Shown: piece after piece, positions 39,677-49,730 of the stretch | Layout: each line of letters starts with the position of its first letter | How positions within the stretch are numbered: the stretch's first letter is position 1 | From: an uncultured Actinomycetota bacterium | Lineage (GTDB): Bacteria > Actinomycetota > Actinomycetes > JAHEKZ01 | DNA: 64,000 bases | Reading direction: 5' to 3' | NCBI GenBank assembly: GCA_963718235.1 | Contig: CAVQYR010000002.1 | Coordinates: forward strand, 800,001 to 864,000 | Translations under genes and position numbers: made by a program | The notes under the pieces: model-generated | The model's database searches: none | Told to the model about the DNA's origin: nothing | The model's input: the letters and a program-made list of their open reading frames with translations, nothing else

Positions 39677-41230
39677 ATGGCCACCCAGTCCGAGGCGCCG
39701 ACCAGCGGCGGAGCCGGCGAGAAGGGGCTCAAGAGCGGGGCGATCGGGTTCGTCTCCGGGGTCGTGATCGGGGTGGCGTCGACCGCTCCGGGCTACAGCC
39801 TGGCGGCCGTGCTGGGCCTGGTCGTCTTCGCGGTGGGGTTCCAGGCGCCGGCGATCATGCTCCTGGCGTTCGTGCCCATGCTGTTCATCGCGGCGTCCTA
39901 CTACTACCTGAACCGGGCCGACCCCGACTGCGGAACGACCTTCGCCTGGGTCACCCGGGCCATGGGGCCGTACTGGGGCTGGATGGGTGGCTGGGGGATC
40001 ATCGTCGCCGACATCATCGTCATGGCGAACCTGGCCGAAGTCGCCTCGATCTACACGTTCGACCTGTTCGGCATCGACAGCGAGAGCAAGTGGCTCGTCG
40101 TCGGGCTCGGCGTGGTCTGGATCGCCGTGATGACCTGGATCACCTGGCGCGGCATCGAGCTCTCAGCGCGCACCCAGCTCTTCCTGCTGGGGGCCGAGAT
40201 CGCTGCGCTGGTCCTCTTCGCCGCTGTCGCCTTGTTCCGGGTCTACTTCGGTGACGTCGCCGGGTCGGTCGATCCGTCCTTGTCGTGGCTGAACCCGTTC
40301 GCGATCGAGGGCACCGATGGCCAGAGCGCCCTTCAGGCGATGACGGCTGGGCTGCTGCTGGCCCTGTTCATCTACTGGGGCTGGGACTCCACGGTAACCG
40401 TCAACGAGGAGACCGAGGACTCCGCGGAGGCCCCGGGGCGGGCCGCGATCTGGTCGACCATCATCCTCCTCGGGATCTACGTGATCGTCTCCGTCGCCGC
40501 GATCGCCTATGCGGGACCGGCGTTCCTCGCCCTGGAGGAGAACCAGGGCGACGCCCTGGGGGTGCTGGCCGCCGACGTCTTGGGTCCGCTCAGCTGGGTG
40601 CTGATCATCGCGGTGCTCACCAGTGCGGCCGCTTCTACCCAGACCACGATCCTGCCGACGGCCCGCACGATGCTCTCGATGGGGGCCAAGGGAGCGGTGC
40701 CCAAGTACTGGGCGAGGATCCACCCGCGCTACCTGACGCCCGGACCAGCGACGCTGTGGATGGGTGCCCTGAGCATCATCTGGTACGTCGGCTTGAAGAT
40801 GGTCTCGGAGAACATCCTCTACGACGCAATCGCGGCCCTCGGCCTGATGATCGCTTTCTACTACGGCCTGACCGGGTACGCCGCGGTCATCTACTACCGC
40901 CGTCACCTGTTCGACAGCGTCAAGGCGTTCGTCATGGTCGGGGTCGCGCCGCTGGTCGGGGCGCTGATCCTCACCTGGGCGCTCGTCCGGTCGGCGATCG
41001 ACCTGGCCGACCCGGCCAACTCCGAGTCCGGGACCTCGTGGTTCGGCTACGGTCCGCCGCTGGTCATCGCGGTGGGCTTCATGGTGCTCGGGCTGATCTT
41101 GATGATCGTCATGCGGGTCACGAGCCCGGAGTTCTTCCGGCGCAAGCCCGAGGTCGTGCCCGAGGAGATCGGTCTGTCGGTGTCGAGCCGGGCCGGCGCC
41201 ACCGCTGACCGCAAGGGAGAGGAGTCCTGA
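39677..41230 (+). CDS. APC family amino acid/polyamine permease
   Basis: ASTAPGYSLA, FIYWGWD, NEET; ~12 TM. Confidence 0.92.
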   Translation: MATQSEAPTSGGAGEKGLKSGAIGFVSGVVIGVASTAPGYSLAAVLGLVVFAVGFQAPAIMLLAFVPMLFIAASYYYLNRADPDCGTTFAWVTRAMGPYWGWMGGWGIIVADIIVMANLAEVASIYTFDLFGIDSESKWLVVGLGVVWIAVMTWITWRGIELSARTQLFLLGAEIAALVLFAAVALFRVYFGDVAGSVDPSLSWLNPFAIEGTDGQSALQAMTAGLLLALFIYWGWDSTVTVNEETEDSAEAPGRAAIWSTIILLGIYVIVSVAAIAYAGPAFLALEENQGDALGVLAADVLGPLSWVLIIAVLTSAAASTQTTILPTARTMLSMGAKGAVPKYWARIHPRYLTPGPATLWMGALSIIWYVGLKMVSENILYDAIAALGLMIAFYYGLTGYAAVIYYRRHLFDSVKAFVMVGVAPLVGALILTWALVRSAIDLADPANSESGTSWFGYGPPLVIAVGFMVLGLILMIVMRVTSPEFFRRKPEVVPEEIGLSVSSRAGATADRKGEES

Positions 41231-41640
41231 TGGGCACCATCGTGCTCGGCTACGACGGCAGCGAGGGCGCCAAGGAGGCGCTGCGGGTGGCCACCGACCT
41301 CGCGAAGGGGCTGGGGGACACGGTCCTCGCCATCTTCGGCTACGCGCAGTTCGCCCCGGGTGGTGAGAACCGCGACCACGAGCTCGCCGTGGCCGACCTG
41401 GCCCAGGGTCGGCTCGACGAGGCCACGGAGGCGCTCACCGCAGCCGGTGTCTCCTGCGAGGAGCTGCTCGTGCACCGCCACGCGGCCGAGGCGCTGCTCG
41501 AGGTGGCCGCCGAGCGACAGGCCCGGATGATCGTCGTCGGTTCGGCGGCTGAGCACCCGCTCGTGGGGGCGCTGCTCGGCTCCACGGCCTACAAGCTCGT
41601 CAACCGGTCGGACATCCCCGTGCTCGTCGTCCCCGTGTGA
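41230..41640 (+). CDS. Universal stress protein
   Basis: IVLGYDGS, IVVGS...LLGSTAYKLV...PVLVVP. Confidence 0.92.
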   Translation: MGTIVLGYDGSEGAKEALRVATDLAKGLGDTVLAIFGYAQFAPGGENRDHELAVADLAQGRLDEATEALTAAGVSCEELLVHRHAAEALLEVAAERQARMIVVGSAAEHPLVGALLGSTAYKLVNRSDIPVLVVPV

Positions 41641-41652
41641 CCCCACCCCCCG

Positions 41653-41719
41653 CCCAAGTTGATCTTGGACATCATCTGCCAGGTCAAGCGCTCAGAGGAC
41701 CATCTTCTGCCTGCTCAAC
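41653..41719. repeat. REP-like intergenic element, copy 1
   Basis: CCCAAGTTGATCTTGGAC-N30-CATCTTCTGCCTGCTCAAC; second copy at 59863-59929. Confidence 0.75.
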
Positions 41720-41743
41720 AGGGCAGAGACCGGTGCGGTCGGG

Positions 41744-43135
41744 TCAGGAGGCAGCGGCGAACGCCTTGTCGAGCACGGTCAGGGCCTCCTCGAGCAGGTG
41801 GTCGGGCATGACCAGGGGCGGCAGGAAGCGCAGCACGTTCCCGTAGGTGCCCGCGGTCAGCACGAGCACACCCTCGGCGTGGCAGTACTTCGTCACCGCG
41901 GCGATCACCTCGGTGTTCGGTGTGGTCGTGCCGGGCTGCACGAGCTCGACGGCGAGCATGGCCCCACGCCCACGGACGTCGCCGATGACCGGGTACTTGG
42001 CCTGCATCTCCTTCAGCCGCGGAACCATGATGTCGTTGATGTGCTGCGCGCGTCCGACCAGGTCGAGCTCCTCGATCGTGCGGATCGCACCGAGCGCACC
42101 TGCGCACGCCACCGGGTTGCCGCCGTAGGTGCCGCCGAGCCCGCCCGGGTGGACGGCGTCCATGAGCTCGGCCCGGCCGGTGACCGCCGCGAGCGGCATG
42201 CCGCCTGCGATGCCCTTGGCCGTGGTGATGATGTCGGGCACGACGGAGTCCCAGTCGCAGGCGAACATCTTGCCGGTGCGGGCGAACCCGGTCTGCACCT
42301 CGTCGGCGATGAACACGATGCCGTTGGCCTTGGCGAACTCGGCCAGCCCGGAGAGGAACCCCTCGCCGGGAACGATGAACCCGCCCTCACCGGCGATCGG
42401 CTCGATCAGGATGGCGGCCACCTGGTCGGCCCCGATCTCCTTCTCGATCTTGCTGATGGTCTGGGCGAGCGCCTCGTGGCCGGAGTTCTCCGCGCCACCG
42501 GGCCAGCGGAACGGGTAGGCCAGGGGCATCCGGTAGATCTCGCCGGCGAACGGGCCGAACCCGTACTTGTAGGGCATCGACTTGGCGGTGAGGGCCATGG
42601 TCAGGTTGGTGCGGCCGTGGTAGCCGTGCTCGAACACGACGACGGCCTGTCGCTTGGTCGCGTACCGGGCGATCTTCACCGCGTTCTCCACGGCCTCGGC
42701 GCCGGAGTTGAACAGCGCCGTCTTCTTGGCGTGGTCGCCGGGGGTCAGCCGGTTGAGCTGCTCGGCCACGGCGACGTAGCCCTCGTACGGAGTGACCATG
42801 AAGCAGGTGTGGGTGAACTGGGCGACCTGCTGCTGCACGCCCTCGACCACCGCGGGTGCGGCGTTGCCGACGCTGGTGACGGCGATGCCGGAGCCGAGGT
42901 CGATCAGGGAGTTGCCGTCGACGTCGACGACGACGCCCCCACCGGCGGCCGTGACGAAGATGGGCAGGATCGTTCCGACCCCGTCGGCCACGGCACCGGT
43001 CTTGCGGCCGAGTAGCTCCACAGACCTCGGGCCGGGGATCGCGGTGACGACGCGGCGCTCCTGGGGCAGGTCGGGCCCGCCGAGGGGTGCGCTGGGCGCG
43101 CCGGCGATGGCACTGCCGGTGGTGGTGTCGCTCAT
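41744..43135 (-). CDS. gabT: 4-aminobutyrate:2-oxoglutarate aminotransferase
   Basis: NSGAEAVENAVKIAR, YHGRT, EPIAGEGG, DEVQTG, AKGIAGG, GGTYGGNP. Confidence 0.93.
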   Translation of the reverse strand: MSDTTTGSAIAGAPSAPLGGPDLPQERRVVTAIPGPRSVELLGRKTGAVADGVGTILPIFVTAAGGGVVVDVDGNSLIDLGSGIAVTSVGNAAPAVVEGVQQQVAQFTHTCFMVTPYEGYVAVAEQLNRLTPGDHAKKTALFNSGAEAVENAVKIARYATKRQAVVVFEHGYHGRTNLTMALTAKSMPYKYGFGPFAGEIYRMPLAYPFRWPGGAENSGHEALAQTISKIEKEIGADQVAAILIEPIAGEGGFIVPGEGFLSGLAEFAKANGIVFIADEVQTGFARTGKMFACDWDSVVPDIITTAKGIAGGMPLAAVTGRAELMDAVHPGGLGGTYGGNPVACAGALGAIRTIEELDLVGRAQHINDIMVPRLKEMQAKYPVIGDVRGRGAMLAVELVQPGTTTPNTEVIAAVTKYCHAEGVLVLTAGTYGNVLRFLPPLVMPDHLLEEALTVLDKAFAAAS

Positions 43136-43239
43136 GGGAATCGCCGTCCTTGGTTGCGAGGGTGCGGCCAGGGTAAGCACAGGGCCGCCAACTCGTCGCC
43201 CTGACCCGATGGACAATCAGTCCGCTACGCTTGGCCGCC

Positions 43240-44844
43240 ATGTCCACCTCCGGGTCCACCTCCAGGTCGGACGCACCACCGACCCCGACCGGCCGCCTTC
43301 GGGCTCCCACGCTGCGCACCGTGCTCGGCATGCCGGGGCTCTCGGTCGTGCTGCGGTGCGGGCGCGACGCGCTCGACCGGCCGGTGCGCTGGGTCGCGGT
43401 CAGCGAGCTGGAGGACCCCACCCCCTATCTCGAGGGCGGTGAGCTGCTGCTGACGACCGGCCTGCGGCTCACCGACGACAACGCAGCCGAGTACGTCTCG
43501 CGACTGGTGGACGTCGGTGTCACCGGGCTCGGGCTCGGGGTTGGACTCACCCACGACGTCGTGCCCGAGCCGTTGCTGGACGCTGCCGAGCGGGCGGGTC
43601 TCCCGGTCCTGGAGGTGCCGGAGCCCACCTCGTTCATCGCGATCAGCCAGGCCGTCTCGGACCTGCTGGCCGCGGCGGAGTACGAGGCGGTGTCCCGGGC
43701 GGTCGGGGCCCAGCGCGACCTGACCCGTGCGGCGCTCGCCCCCGATGGTGCGGGCGCGGTCGTTGCCCGGCTGGCCAAGGAGCTGGCTGCCCAGGTGGTC
43801 CTGCTCGACGCCGCAGGTCGGATGGTCCACGCGGCACCGCGCGAGGCCGAGGCCCTGCTGGCGTCCCTCGGCCCGCAGGTCGAGCGGCTGCGCGGTCACG
43901 GGGCCAATTCGTCGGCGGCCTTCGACCACGAGGGGCGGTTCGTCGTCCTGCAACCCCTGGCTGCGGCAGGTCGGGTCCGTGGTTACCTGGCGCTGGCCCG
44001 ACCGGCGCCGTTCACCGTGCCCGACCACCAGCTCATCGGGGTGGGGGTGGCCCTGGTCGGGCTGGCACTCGAGCGACCTCAAGGCACCGACACCGCTCGT
44101 CGCGACCTGCGGGATGCCGTCTTTGCGCTCCTGGCCGACGGTTCACCCGCGACGACACTGCCGATGGCCGCGGTGGGTTGGCACGAGCTGATGGCCGGAC
44201 CGATCCGGGTGCTGGTCACCGAAGGGCCGGGCGCGCGACTGCTGGAGCTGCTGGAGGCGGTGGAGGACTCCGCGGCCGACCCCGGGTGGAGGGGCGCCGC
44301 GCGCGACGAGGACCGCCTTGTCGTGCTGGTCGCCTCGGTGACACCCGACGAGCCCGAGGGCGGGACCACCTCACTCGACCCATCGGTGCCGCCCGAGGTG
44401 GCCGAGGTCGTGTCGCTCGGTCCAGACCTGGCGTGGGGCGTGAGCGACGTCGTGGTGGCCGACCATGGGCTGGCCGACGGGCTCCGGCAGGCCCGCCGGG
44501 CGTGGGCAGCGTCCGAGCCCGGCGCGGTGCGGGTGTTCGGGGAGCTGGGGCGAGGCGGCGTGGTCGGCCTGATCGACCCCGAGGCCGGTCGCGGCTTCGC
44601 CGACCGCCTGCTGGCTCCGCTGGAGTCGCGCGACCGGGGCGACCTCGTGGCCTCGGTGCGGGCCTGGCTGGCCCACCTGGGGCAGTGGGACGCCGCCGCG
44701 ACCAGCCTCGGGGTCCACCGGCACACCCTGCGCTACCGGATGCGGCGGGTCGAAGAGCTGTTGGGCCGAAGCCTCGACGACGCGGGCCTGCGCGCCGACC
44801 TGTGGGTCGCCCTGGCGATCCGCGACCGGGACGCTGCCGACTGA
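43240..44844 (+). CDS. PucR family transcriptional regulator
   Basis: VRWVAVSELEDPTPYLEGGELLLTTG; C-terminal LGVHRHTLRYRMRR. Confidence 0.93.
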   Translation: MSTSGSTSRSDAPPTPTGRLRAPTLRTVLGMPGLSVVLRCGRDALDRPVRWVAVSELEDPTPYLEGGELLLTTGLRLTDDNAAEYVSRLVDVGVTGLGLGVGLTHDVVPEPLLDAAERAGLPVLEVPEPTSFIAISQAVSDLLAAAEYEAVSRAVGAQRDLTRAALAPDGAGAVVARLAKELAAQVVLLDAAGRMVHAAPREAEALLASLGPQVERLRGHGANSSAAFDHEGRFVVLQPLAAAGRVRGYLALARPAPFTVPDHQLIGVGVALVGLALERPQGTDTARRDLRDAVFALLADGSPATTLPMAAVGWHELMAGPIRVLVTEGPGARLLELLEAVEDSAADPGWRGAARDEDRLVVLVASVTPDEPEGGTTSLDPSVPPEVAEVVSLGPDLAWGVSDVVVADHGLADGLRQARRAWAASEPGAVRVFGELGRGGVVGLIDPEAGRGFADRLLAPLESRDRGDLVASVRAWLAHLGQWDAAATSLGVHRHTLRYRMRRVEELLGRSLDDAGLRADLWVALAIRDRDAAD

Positions 44845-44931
44845 GCACTTGTCCATGATGGCGGCACGAGTGCCTCCTTCTGGACGCGGCGGCCATCAGG
44901 TCCTCGAGACCACTCGACCTAACGTCGGCCC

Positions 44932-46374
44932 ATGACCGACATCCATCCGTTCTGGCTCGCCGGCCGCCCAGCCACCAGCGAGGCGACCCTCGACGTCTTC
45001 AACCCCCACACCGGTGCGGTCGTCGGCGCCGTGTTCGTCCCCACCCCGGCCCAGGTCGAAGCGGCCGTCGCTGCGGCGCACGACAGCGCGGAGGCGGCGC
45101 AGCGGCTGACCCTGGCCCAGCGCGCCGACGCCCTGGCCCACGTCTCGCGGCGGATCACCGAGCGGGCCGAGGAGATCGCCACCCTGATCACCGCCGAGAA
45201 CGGCAAGCCGATCACCTGGGCCCGGGTCGAGGCGACCCGGGCCGCCAGCGTGTTCCGCTGGGCCGCCGAGGAGACCCGTCGCTGGAACGGTGACGTGCAG
45301 CGCCTGGACACCGAAGCCGCCAGCGCGGGGCGGATGGCGCTGGTCCGGCGGGTCCCCAAGGGTGCAATCCTCGGGATCGCGCCGTTCAACTTCCCGTTGA
45401 ACCTGGTGGCCCACAAGGTGGCGCCGGCGATCGCCGTCGGTGCACCGATCCTGGTCAAGCCCGCTCCGGCGACCCCGCTGTCGGCGCTGCTGCTGGGAGA
45501 GCTGCTCGCCGAGACCGACCTGCCCGAGGGCATGTGGTCGGTGCTGCCCGTGCCGAACGACGCCATGCCTGACCTCGTCGCCGACCCGCGGCTGCCGATC
45601 ATCTCGTTCACCGGCTCCGCGCCGGTCGGCTATGCGATCCAGGCCTCGGTGCCCCGCAAGCACGTCGTCCTCGAGCTGGGCGGCAACGCCGCTGCCGTCG
45701 TCCTGGCCGACTACTCCAGCGACGCCGACCTGGAGTGGGCGTCCTCTCGCATCGCGACCTTCGCCAACTACCAGGCGGGGCAGTCGTGCATCTCGGTGCA
45801 GCGGGTGCTGGTCGACCGTTCGCTGTACGACACGCTGGTCCCGATGGTGGTCGAGAAGGTCCAGGCCCTGCCGACGGGTGACCCCACCGACGACGCCACG
45901 GTCGTCGGCCCGCTCGTCGACGAGAACGCCGCCCGCCGGGTGGAGCAGTGGATCGACGAGGCCGTGACGGCCGGAGCGATCGTGCTGACCGGGGGACAGC
46001 GGGACGGGGCGCATGTCGCACCCGCCGTCCTGGTCGACGTGCCCGCAGACGCCAAGGTCGCCTGCGAGGAGGTCTTCGGACCGGTGGTCATCCTGAGTCC
46101 GGTCGACGGCGTCGACGACGCGGTCGCCACGGTCAACGCCTCGCGCTTCGGTCTGCAGGCCGGGGTGTTCACCCACGACCTGCAGACTGCGTTCCGGCTG
46201 CACCGTGACCTGCACGTCGGCGGCGTGGTGATCGGTGACGTGCCGAGCTTCCGGGCCGACCAGATGCCCTACGGCGGGGTGAAGGAGTCCGGCGTGGGCC
46301 GCGAGGGCGTGCGCTACGCGATGGAGGACTTCACCGAGGAGCGGGTCCTGGTGCTCACCGGCCTCGACCTCTGA
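44932..46374 (+). CDS. Aldehyde dehydrogenase family protein
   Basis: PFNFPLNLVAHK, LELGGN, GQSCISVQR, EEVFGP, PYGGVKESG. Confidence 0.93.
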   Translation: MTDIHPFWLAGRPATSEATLDVFNPHTGAVVGAVFVPTPAQVEAAVAAAHDSAEAAQRLTLAQRADALAHVSRRITERAEEIATLITAENGKPITWARVEATRAASVFRWAAEETRRWNGDVQRLDTEAASAGRMALVRRVPKGAILGIAPFNFPLNLVAHKVAPAIAVGAPILVKPAPATPLSALLLGELLAETDLPEGMWSVLPVPNDAMPDLVADPRLPIISFTGSAPVGYAIQASVPRKHVVLELGGNAAAVVLADYSSDADLEWASSRIATFANYQAGQSCISVQRVLVDRSLYDTLVPMVVEKVQALPTGDPTDDATVVGPLVDENAARRVEQWIDEAVTAGAIVLTGGQRDGAHVAPAVLVDVPADAKVACEEVFGPVVILSPVDGVDDAVATVNASRFGLQAGVFTHDLQTAFRLHRDLHVGGVVIGDVPSFRADQMPYGGVKESGVGREGVRYAMEDFTEERVLVLTGLDL

Positions 46375-46423
46375 CGCACTCCCCGGCAGCCCAGAAGCAC
46401 AGCACCGCCCCGTTCCGGAGTCA

Positions 46424-46453
46424 TGGCTGGAATCGTGGCCCGGATTCCAGCCA
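46424..46453 (+). terminator. Hairpin downstream of the aldehyde dehydrogenase
   Basis: TGGCTGGAATC / GATTCCAGCCA inverted repeat. Confidence 0.55.
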
Positions 46454-46631
46454 CAGCTGCGGAATGCAGACCTGTGTCGTGAACCGAAGAGCACGCCGGG
46501 TGCGACAGGGAGGGTGACTGCCACCTTTGGAGGCTACCGATGACCCGTCGCGCTCACCACCATGGTGGTCACCGGCGGCCAGGTTCTGCGGGCGCTGGTC
46601 GTTGGGGCCGGTGAGGGGCACAGTGACGGAC

Positions 46632-47210
46632 ATGGCGTCGGCCGGGCACGCACATGGCACCGGGTACGGGAGCGAACCGCGCCCGGACGGCCGCAGCGAC
46701 GCCGATCTGCTGCTGGCGCTCGGCGGCGGTGACCGCAGTGCGCTCGAGCCGCTGTACGAGCGGCACGCGCCGTGGCTGTTGCTCCGGCTGCAGCGTCGCT
46801 GCGCGGACGCCGGTCTCGTCGACGAGGTGGTGCAGGACACGTTCGTCGCTGTCTGGCGATCAGCGCGGCGCTACGACGGGCGTGGTGAGGTCGCCGCGTG
46901 GATCTGGGGGATCGGCGTTCGACGACTCGTCGACGCCGTGCGACGTCGCCCCCGGGGAGTACCGGTGGCGGAGGTTTCGGGCGACGGCGTTGAGCTGTCG
47001 GCCGAGGAACGGGTGCTGCTCGGCGTGGAGTACGGCGACTTGGCGGGCGCACTCGATCGCCTGTCACCTGAGCTGCGGGCCGTGGTCCAGGCGACGGTCC
47101 TCGACGGGCTGACCACCAACGAGGCGGCGCGTCTGCTCGGCATCCCCCAGGGGACGGTGAAGACCCGCATGTCGCGCGCGCGGGTGCAGCTAAGGGAGGA
47201 ACTGGCATGA
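46632..47210 (+). CDS. ECF RNA polymerase sigma factor
   Basis: DEVVQDTFVAVW, AAWIWGI, LGIPQGTVKTRMSRAR. Confidence 0.92.
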   Translation: MASAGHAHGTGYGSEPRPDGRSDADLLLALGGGDRSALEPLYERHAPWLLLRLQRRCADAGLVDEVVQDTFVAVWRSARRYDGRGEVAAWIWGIGVRRLVDAVRRRPRGVPVAEVSGDGVELSAEERVLLGVEYGDLAGALDRLSPELRAVVQATVLDGLTTNEAARLLGIPQGTVKTRMSRARVQLREELA

Positions 47211-48031
47211 CTTGGCATCTCAGCGACGGTCTCGTGGACCAGTACGTGACAGGCACTCTCGCGGGAGCCCGAGCGGCGTCGGTCGAGGCCCACACGATGG
47301 CCTGCGACCAGTGCCGGGCGGAGCTGGTCGAGTCCGCCCGACAGGCGGTTCCTTCCGCCCGGCTCAGTGCGGTCTGGGCCGAGGTCCAGGCGGAGGTCGA
47401 CGCGCCGCGTCCCACCTGGGGGGAGCGCCTGGCGCTTAGGCTCGGAGTGGACGCCGACGAGGCTCGGCTGGTCGCGACCGCACCGTCACTGCGGGCTTCC
47501 TGGTTGGCGGCGCTGGTGTTGGTCCTGGGGTTCGCCGGCTTGGCGCCGGCGATGCGCGACGGGACGCCGCTGCTCCTGCTCGTCGTCGCACCGTTGGTCC
47601 CGGTGCTGGCGGTTGCCGGCGCCTACGGACGACTGGTCGACTCGTCATTCGAGGTGGCGCAGGCGACGCCCTACCCCGCAGGTCGGCTTCTGCTGCTGCG
47701 GGTGCTTGCCGTGCTCGTCGTGTCACTCGCCATCACCGCCATGTTCACCCTTGCCTTCTCGCAGGGCTGGCGGCCCTTGGTGTGGCTGCTCCCGGCCTTG
47801 GCGATGGTGTCGTTGTCGTTGGTGTTGGCGCGGTGGCTGCCGCTCGCCCTCGCCGCGGCGGGAGTGTCAACCACCTACCTGCTGGTCGTCGCGACCAGCA
47901 TTGTTGAAGGCCCGGACGTCACCGTCGTCTTCGAAGGCACCGCAGGCTGGGCCTGGGCGGCGGTCCTCGTCGGCTGTCTCGCGATCCTGGCCTCCCCACC
48001 CCATCGGCGCGCCATCAGGAGGTTGTCGTGA
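47207..48031 (+). CDS. Zinc-binding (HxxxCxxC) multi-TM anti-sigma factor
   Basis: EAHTMACDQCR followed by several TM segments; ATGA coupling. Confidence 0.88.
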   Translation: MTWHLSDGLVDQYVTGTLAGARAASVEAHTMACDQCRAELVESARQAVPSARLSAVWAEVQAEVDAPRPTWGERLALRLGVDADEARLVATAPSLRASWLAALVLVLGFAGLAPAMRDGTPLLLLVVAPLVPVLAVAGAYGRLVDSSFEVAQATPYPAGRLLLLRVLAVLVVSLAITAMFTLAFSQGWRPLVWLLPALAMVSLSLVLARWLPLALAAAGVSTTYLLVVATSIVEGPDVTVVFEGTAGWAWAAVLVGCLAILASPPHRRAIRRLS

Positions 48032-48885
48032 ACGATTCCATCGTGGTGCAGGACCTGGCCAAGCGGTTCGCCCGCACCCGGGCGCTGGAGGACGTCTCCT
48101 TCTCACTGTCGCGCGGCGTCACCGGCCTGCTCGGGCCCAATGGTGCGGGCAAGACCACGCTGCTTCGCATCCTGGCGACCGTCCTTGCTCCCGACGCCGG
48201 CCGGCTGTCGGTGTGCGGTCACGACCCCGCGCACCTCGACGGCCGCACCGAGATCCGTCGCCAGCTCGGCTACCTGCCGCAGGACCCCGGGTTCCAGCGC
48301 GGTTTCAGTGCGTTCGAGTTCGTCGACTACCTGGCGATCCTCAAGGAGCTCGGCCCGGCGCGGGCGCGCCACGACGAGGTCCGCCGCGTCCTCGAGCTCG
48401 TCGACCTCACCGCCGTCAGCGGCAAGCGCATCCGTGCCCTGTCCGGGGGGATGCGCCGTCGAGTCGCCTTGGCCGCGGCGCTGCTCGGCGACCCCGCACT
48501 CCTGGTCCTGGACGAGCCCACTGCCGGGCTCGACCCGGAGCAGCGGCTTCGCTTCCGCGAGCTCGTGTCCCGTGCCGGAGAGGGGCGCACGGTGGTGCTG
48601 TCCACCCACCAGACCGAGGACGTCGCGGCGTTGTGCCACGACGTCGTGGTGCTGCACCACGGTCGGGTGCACTTCCAGGGAGGGCCGGCCGAGCTGGCGT
48701 CGGTGGCCAACGGGCGGGTGTGGTTCGGGCCAGAGCGCGACCCCCAGGCCCGGATCGCCTGGCGCGGGGGCGACGGGCAGTTCCGGCACCTGGGCGAGCC
48801 GCCCGCGGGGGTCATTGTCAGCAGCCCGACGCTGGAAGACGGGTACCTGTGGCTGGTCGGGGACTCCGAGGCGGCAGCGGCATGA
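48028..48885 (+). CDS. ABC transporter ATP-binding protein
   Basis: GPNGAGKT, LSGGM, VLDEPT, STH. Confidence 0.95.
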   Translation: MNDSIVVQDLAKRFARTRALEDVSFSLSRGVTGLLGPNGAGKTTLLRILATVLAPDAGRLSVCGHDPAHLDGRTEIRRQLGYLPQDPGFQRGFSAFEFVDYLAILKELGPARARHDEVRRVLELVDLTAVSGKRIRALSGGMRRRVALAAALLGDPALLVLDEPTAGLDPEQRLRFRELVSRAGEGRTVVLSTHQTEDVAALCHDVVVLHHGRVHFQGGPAELASVANGRVWFGPERDPQARIAWRGGDGQFRHLGEPPAGVIVSSPTLEDGYLWLVGDSEAAAA

Positions 48886-49730
48886 CGGCCGAGGCCCTCA
48901 CCGCGGGTCCTGTGGTCGACCGCGGTAGTCGTTCGCTGCGCAGCCGGTGGGCGCTGGGCCGCGTCGAGGCCCGGCGCATGCTCACCAACCCCGCCTACGC
49001 CGTGCTCCTGGCGTTCATCCTGCTGAGCACCGGCGGGCTCACCGTGAGTGGTGACCAGCGTGGCTGGGTGCCGACGAGGCCGGAGGCGTACGACCGGCTG
49101 CAGGGCCTGCTCGTCCTCTACGCCGGGCTGGCGACCTACGTCGTCGCCCACCTGGTGTCGACGTCGGCCCGGCGCAGCGGTGCGCAGGCACAGCTGGCGT
49201 CGGCGCCCGGGGGGGAGCGGACCCGGATCCTGGGCCTGGTGCTGGGGATCGTCAGGGGACCGCTCGTCGTGGCAGCTGCGCTGCTGGCCGTGCTCGCGTG
49301 GCTGGGCAACGACGTCCGGCTGGCGTCCGGCCAGGCCCCGCTGAGCGGGCTCCAGCTGGTCCAGCTCGCCCTCATGGTGCTGGGCGGTGGCGTGTTCGGG
49401 GTCATGGTTGCCACCTGGCTGCGCTTCCCGGGGTCCTTGCTCCTCGGCCTGTTCACCCTCGTGTTCGTCACCGGCTGGTTGGCGGGTGACGCGGCGGCCT
49501 ACGCAGGGTGGTTGCCCCCGCTGGTGCCGTTCCTCACGGCTACCGACTGGTTCGACGCGGTGCCGCTCACCGGAGCGGTTCACGCCTGGCACACGGTGTA
49601 CATGGTCGGTCTCTGCGGGCTCGGCGTGGTGGCGGCAGCGCTGCACGATCCGGCGCGCCGGGTGCCGTGGGTCATCACCGGGGCCGTCGTCCTCGCCGTG
49701 ACCGCCGCCGCAGCGACGGCGCAGGCATGA
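48882..49730 (+). CDS. ABC exporter permease-like membrane protein
   Basis: Multi-TM, ATGA-coupled to ATPase. Confidence 0.75.
   Translation: MTAEALTAGPVVDRGSRSLRSRWALGRVEARRMLTNPAYAVLLAFILLSTGGLTVSGDQRGWVPTRPEAYDRLQGLLVLYAGLATYVVAHLVSTSARRSGAQAQLASAPGGERTRILGLVLGIVRGPLVVAAALLAVLAWLGNDVRLASGQAPLSGLQLVQLALMVLGGGVFGVMVATWLRFPGSLLLGLFTLVFVTGWLAGDAAAYAGWLPPLVPFLTATDWFDAVPLTGAVHAWHTVYMVGLCGLGVVAAALHDPARRVPWVITGAVVLAVTAAAATAQA

Noticed and set aside
47367-49730. 787-aa ORF spanning anti-sigma, ATPase and permease as a fusion
   Set aside because: Only the part from ATG 48882 has protein-like sequence; the upstream part is an off-frame overlap of real genes.
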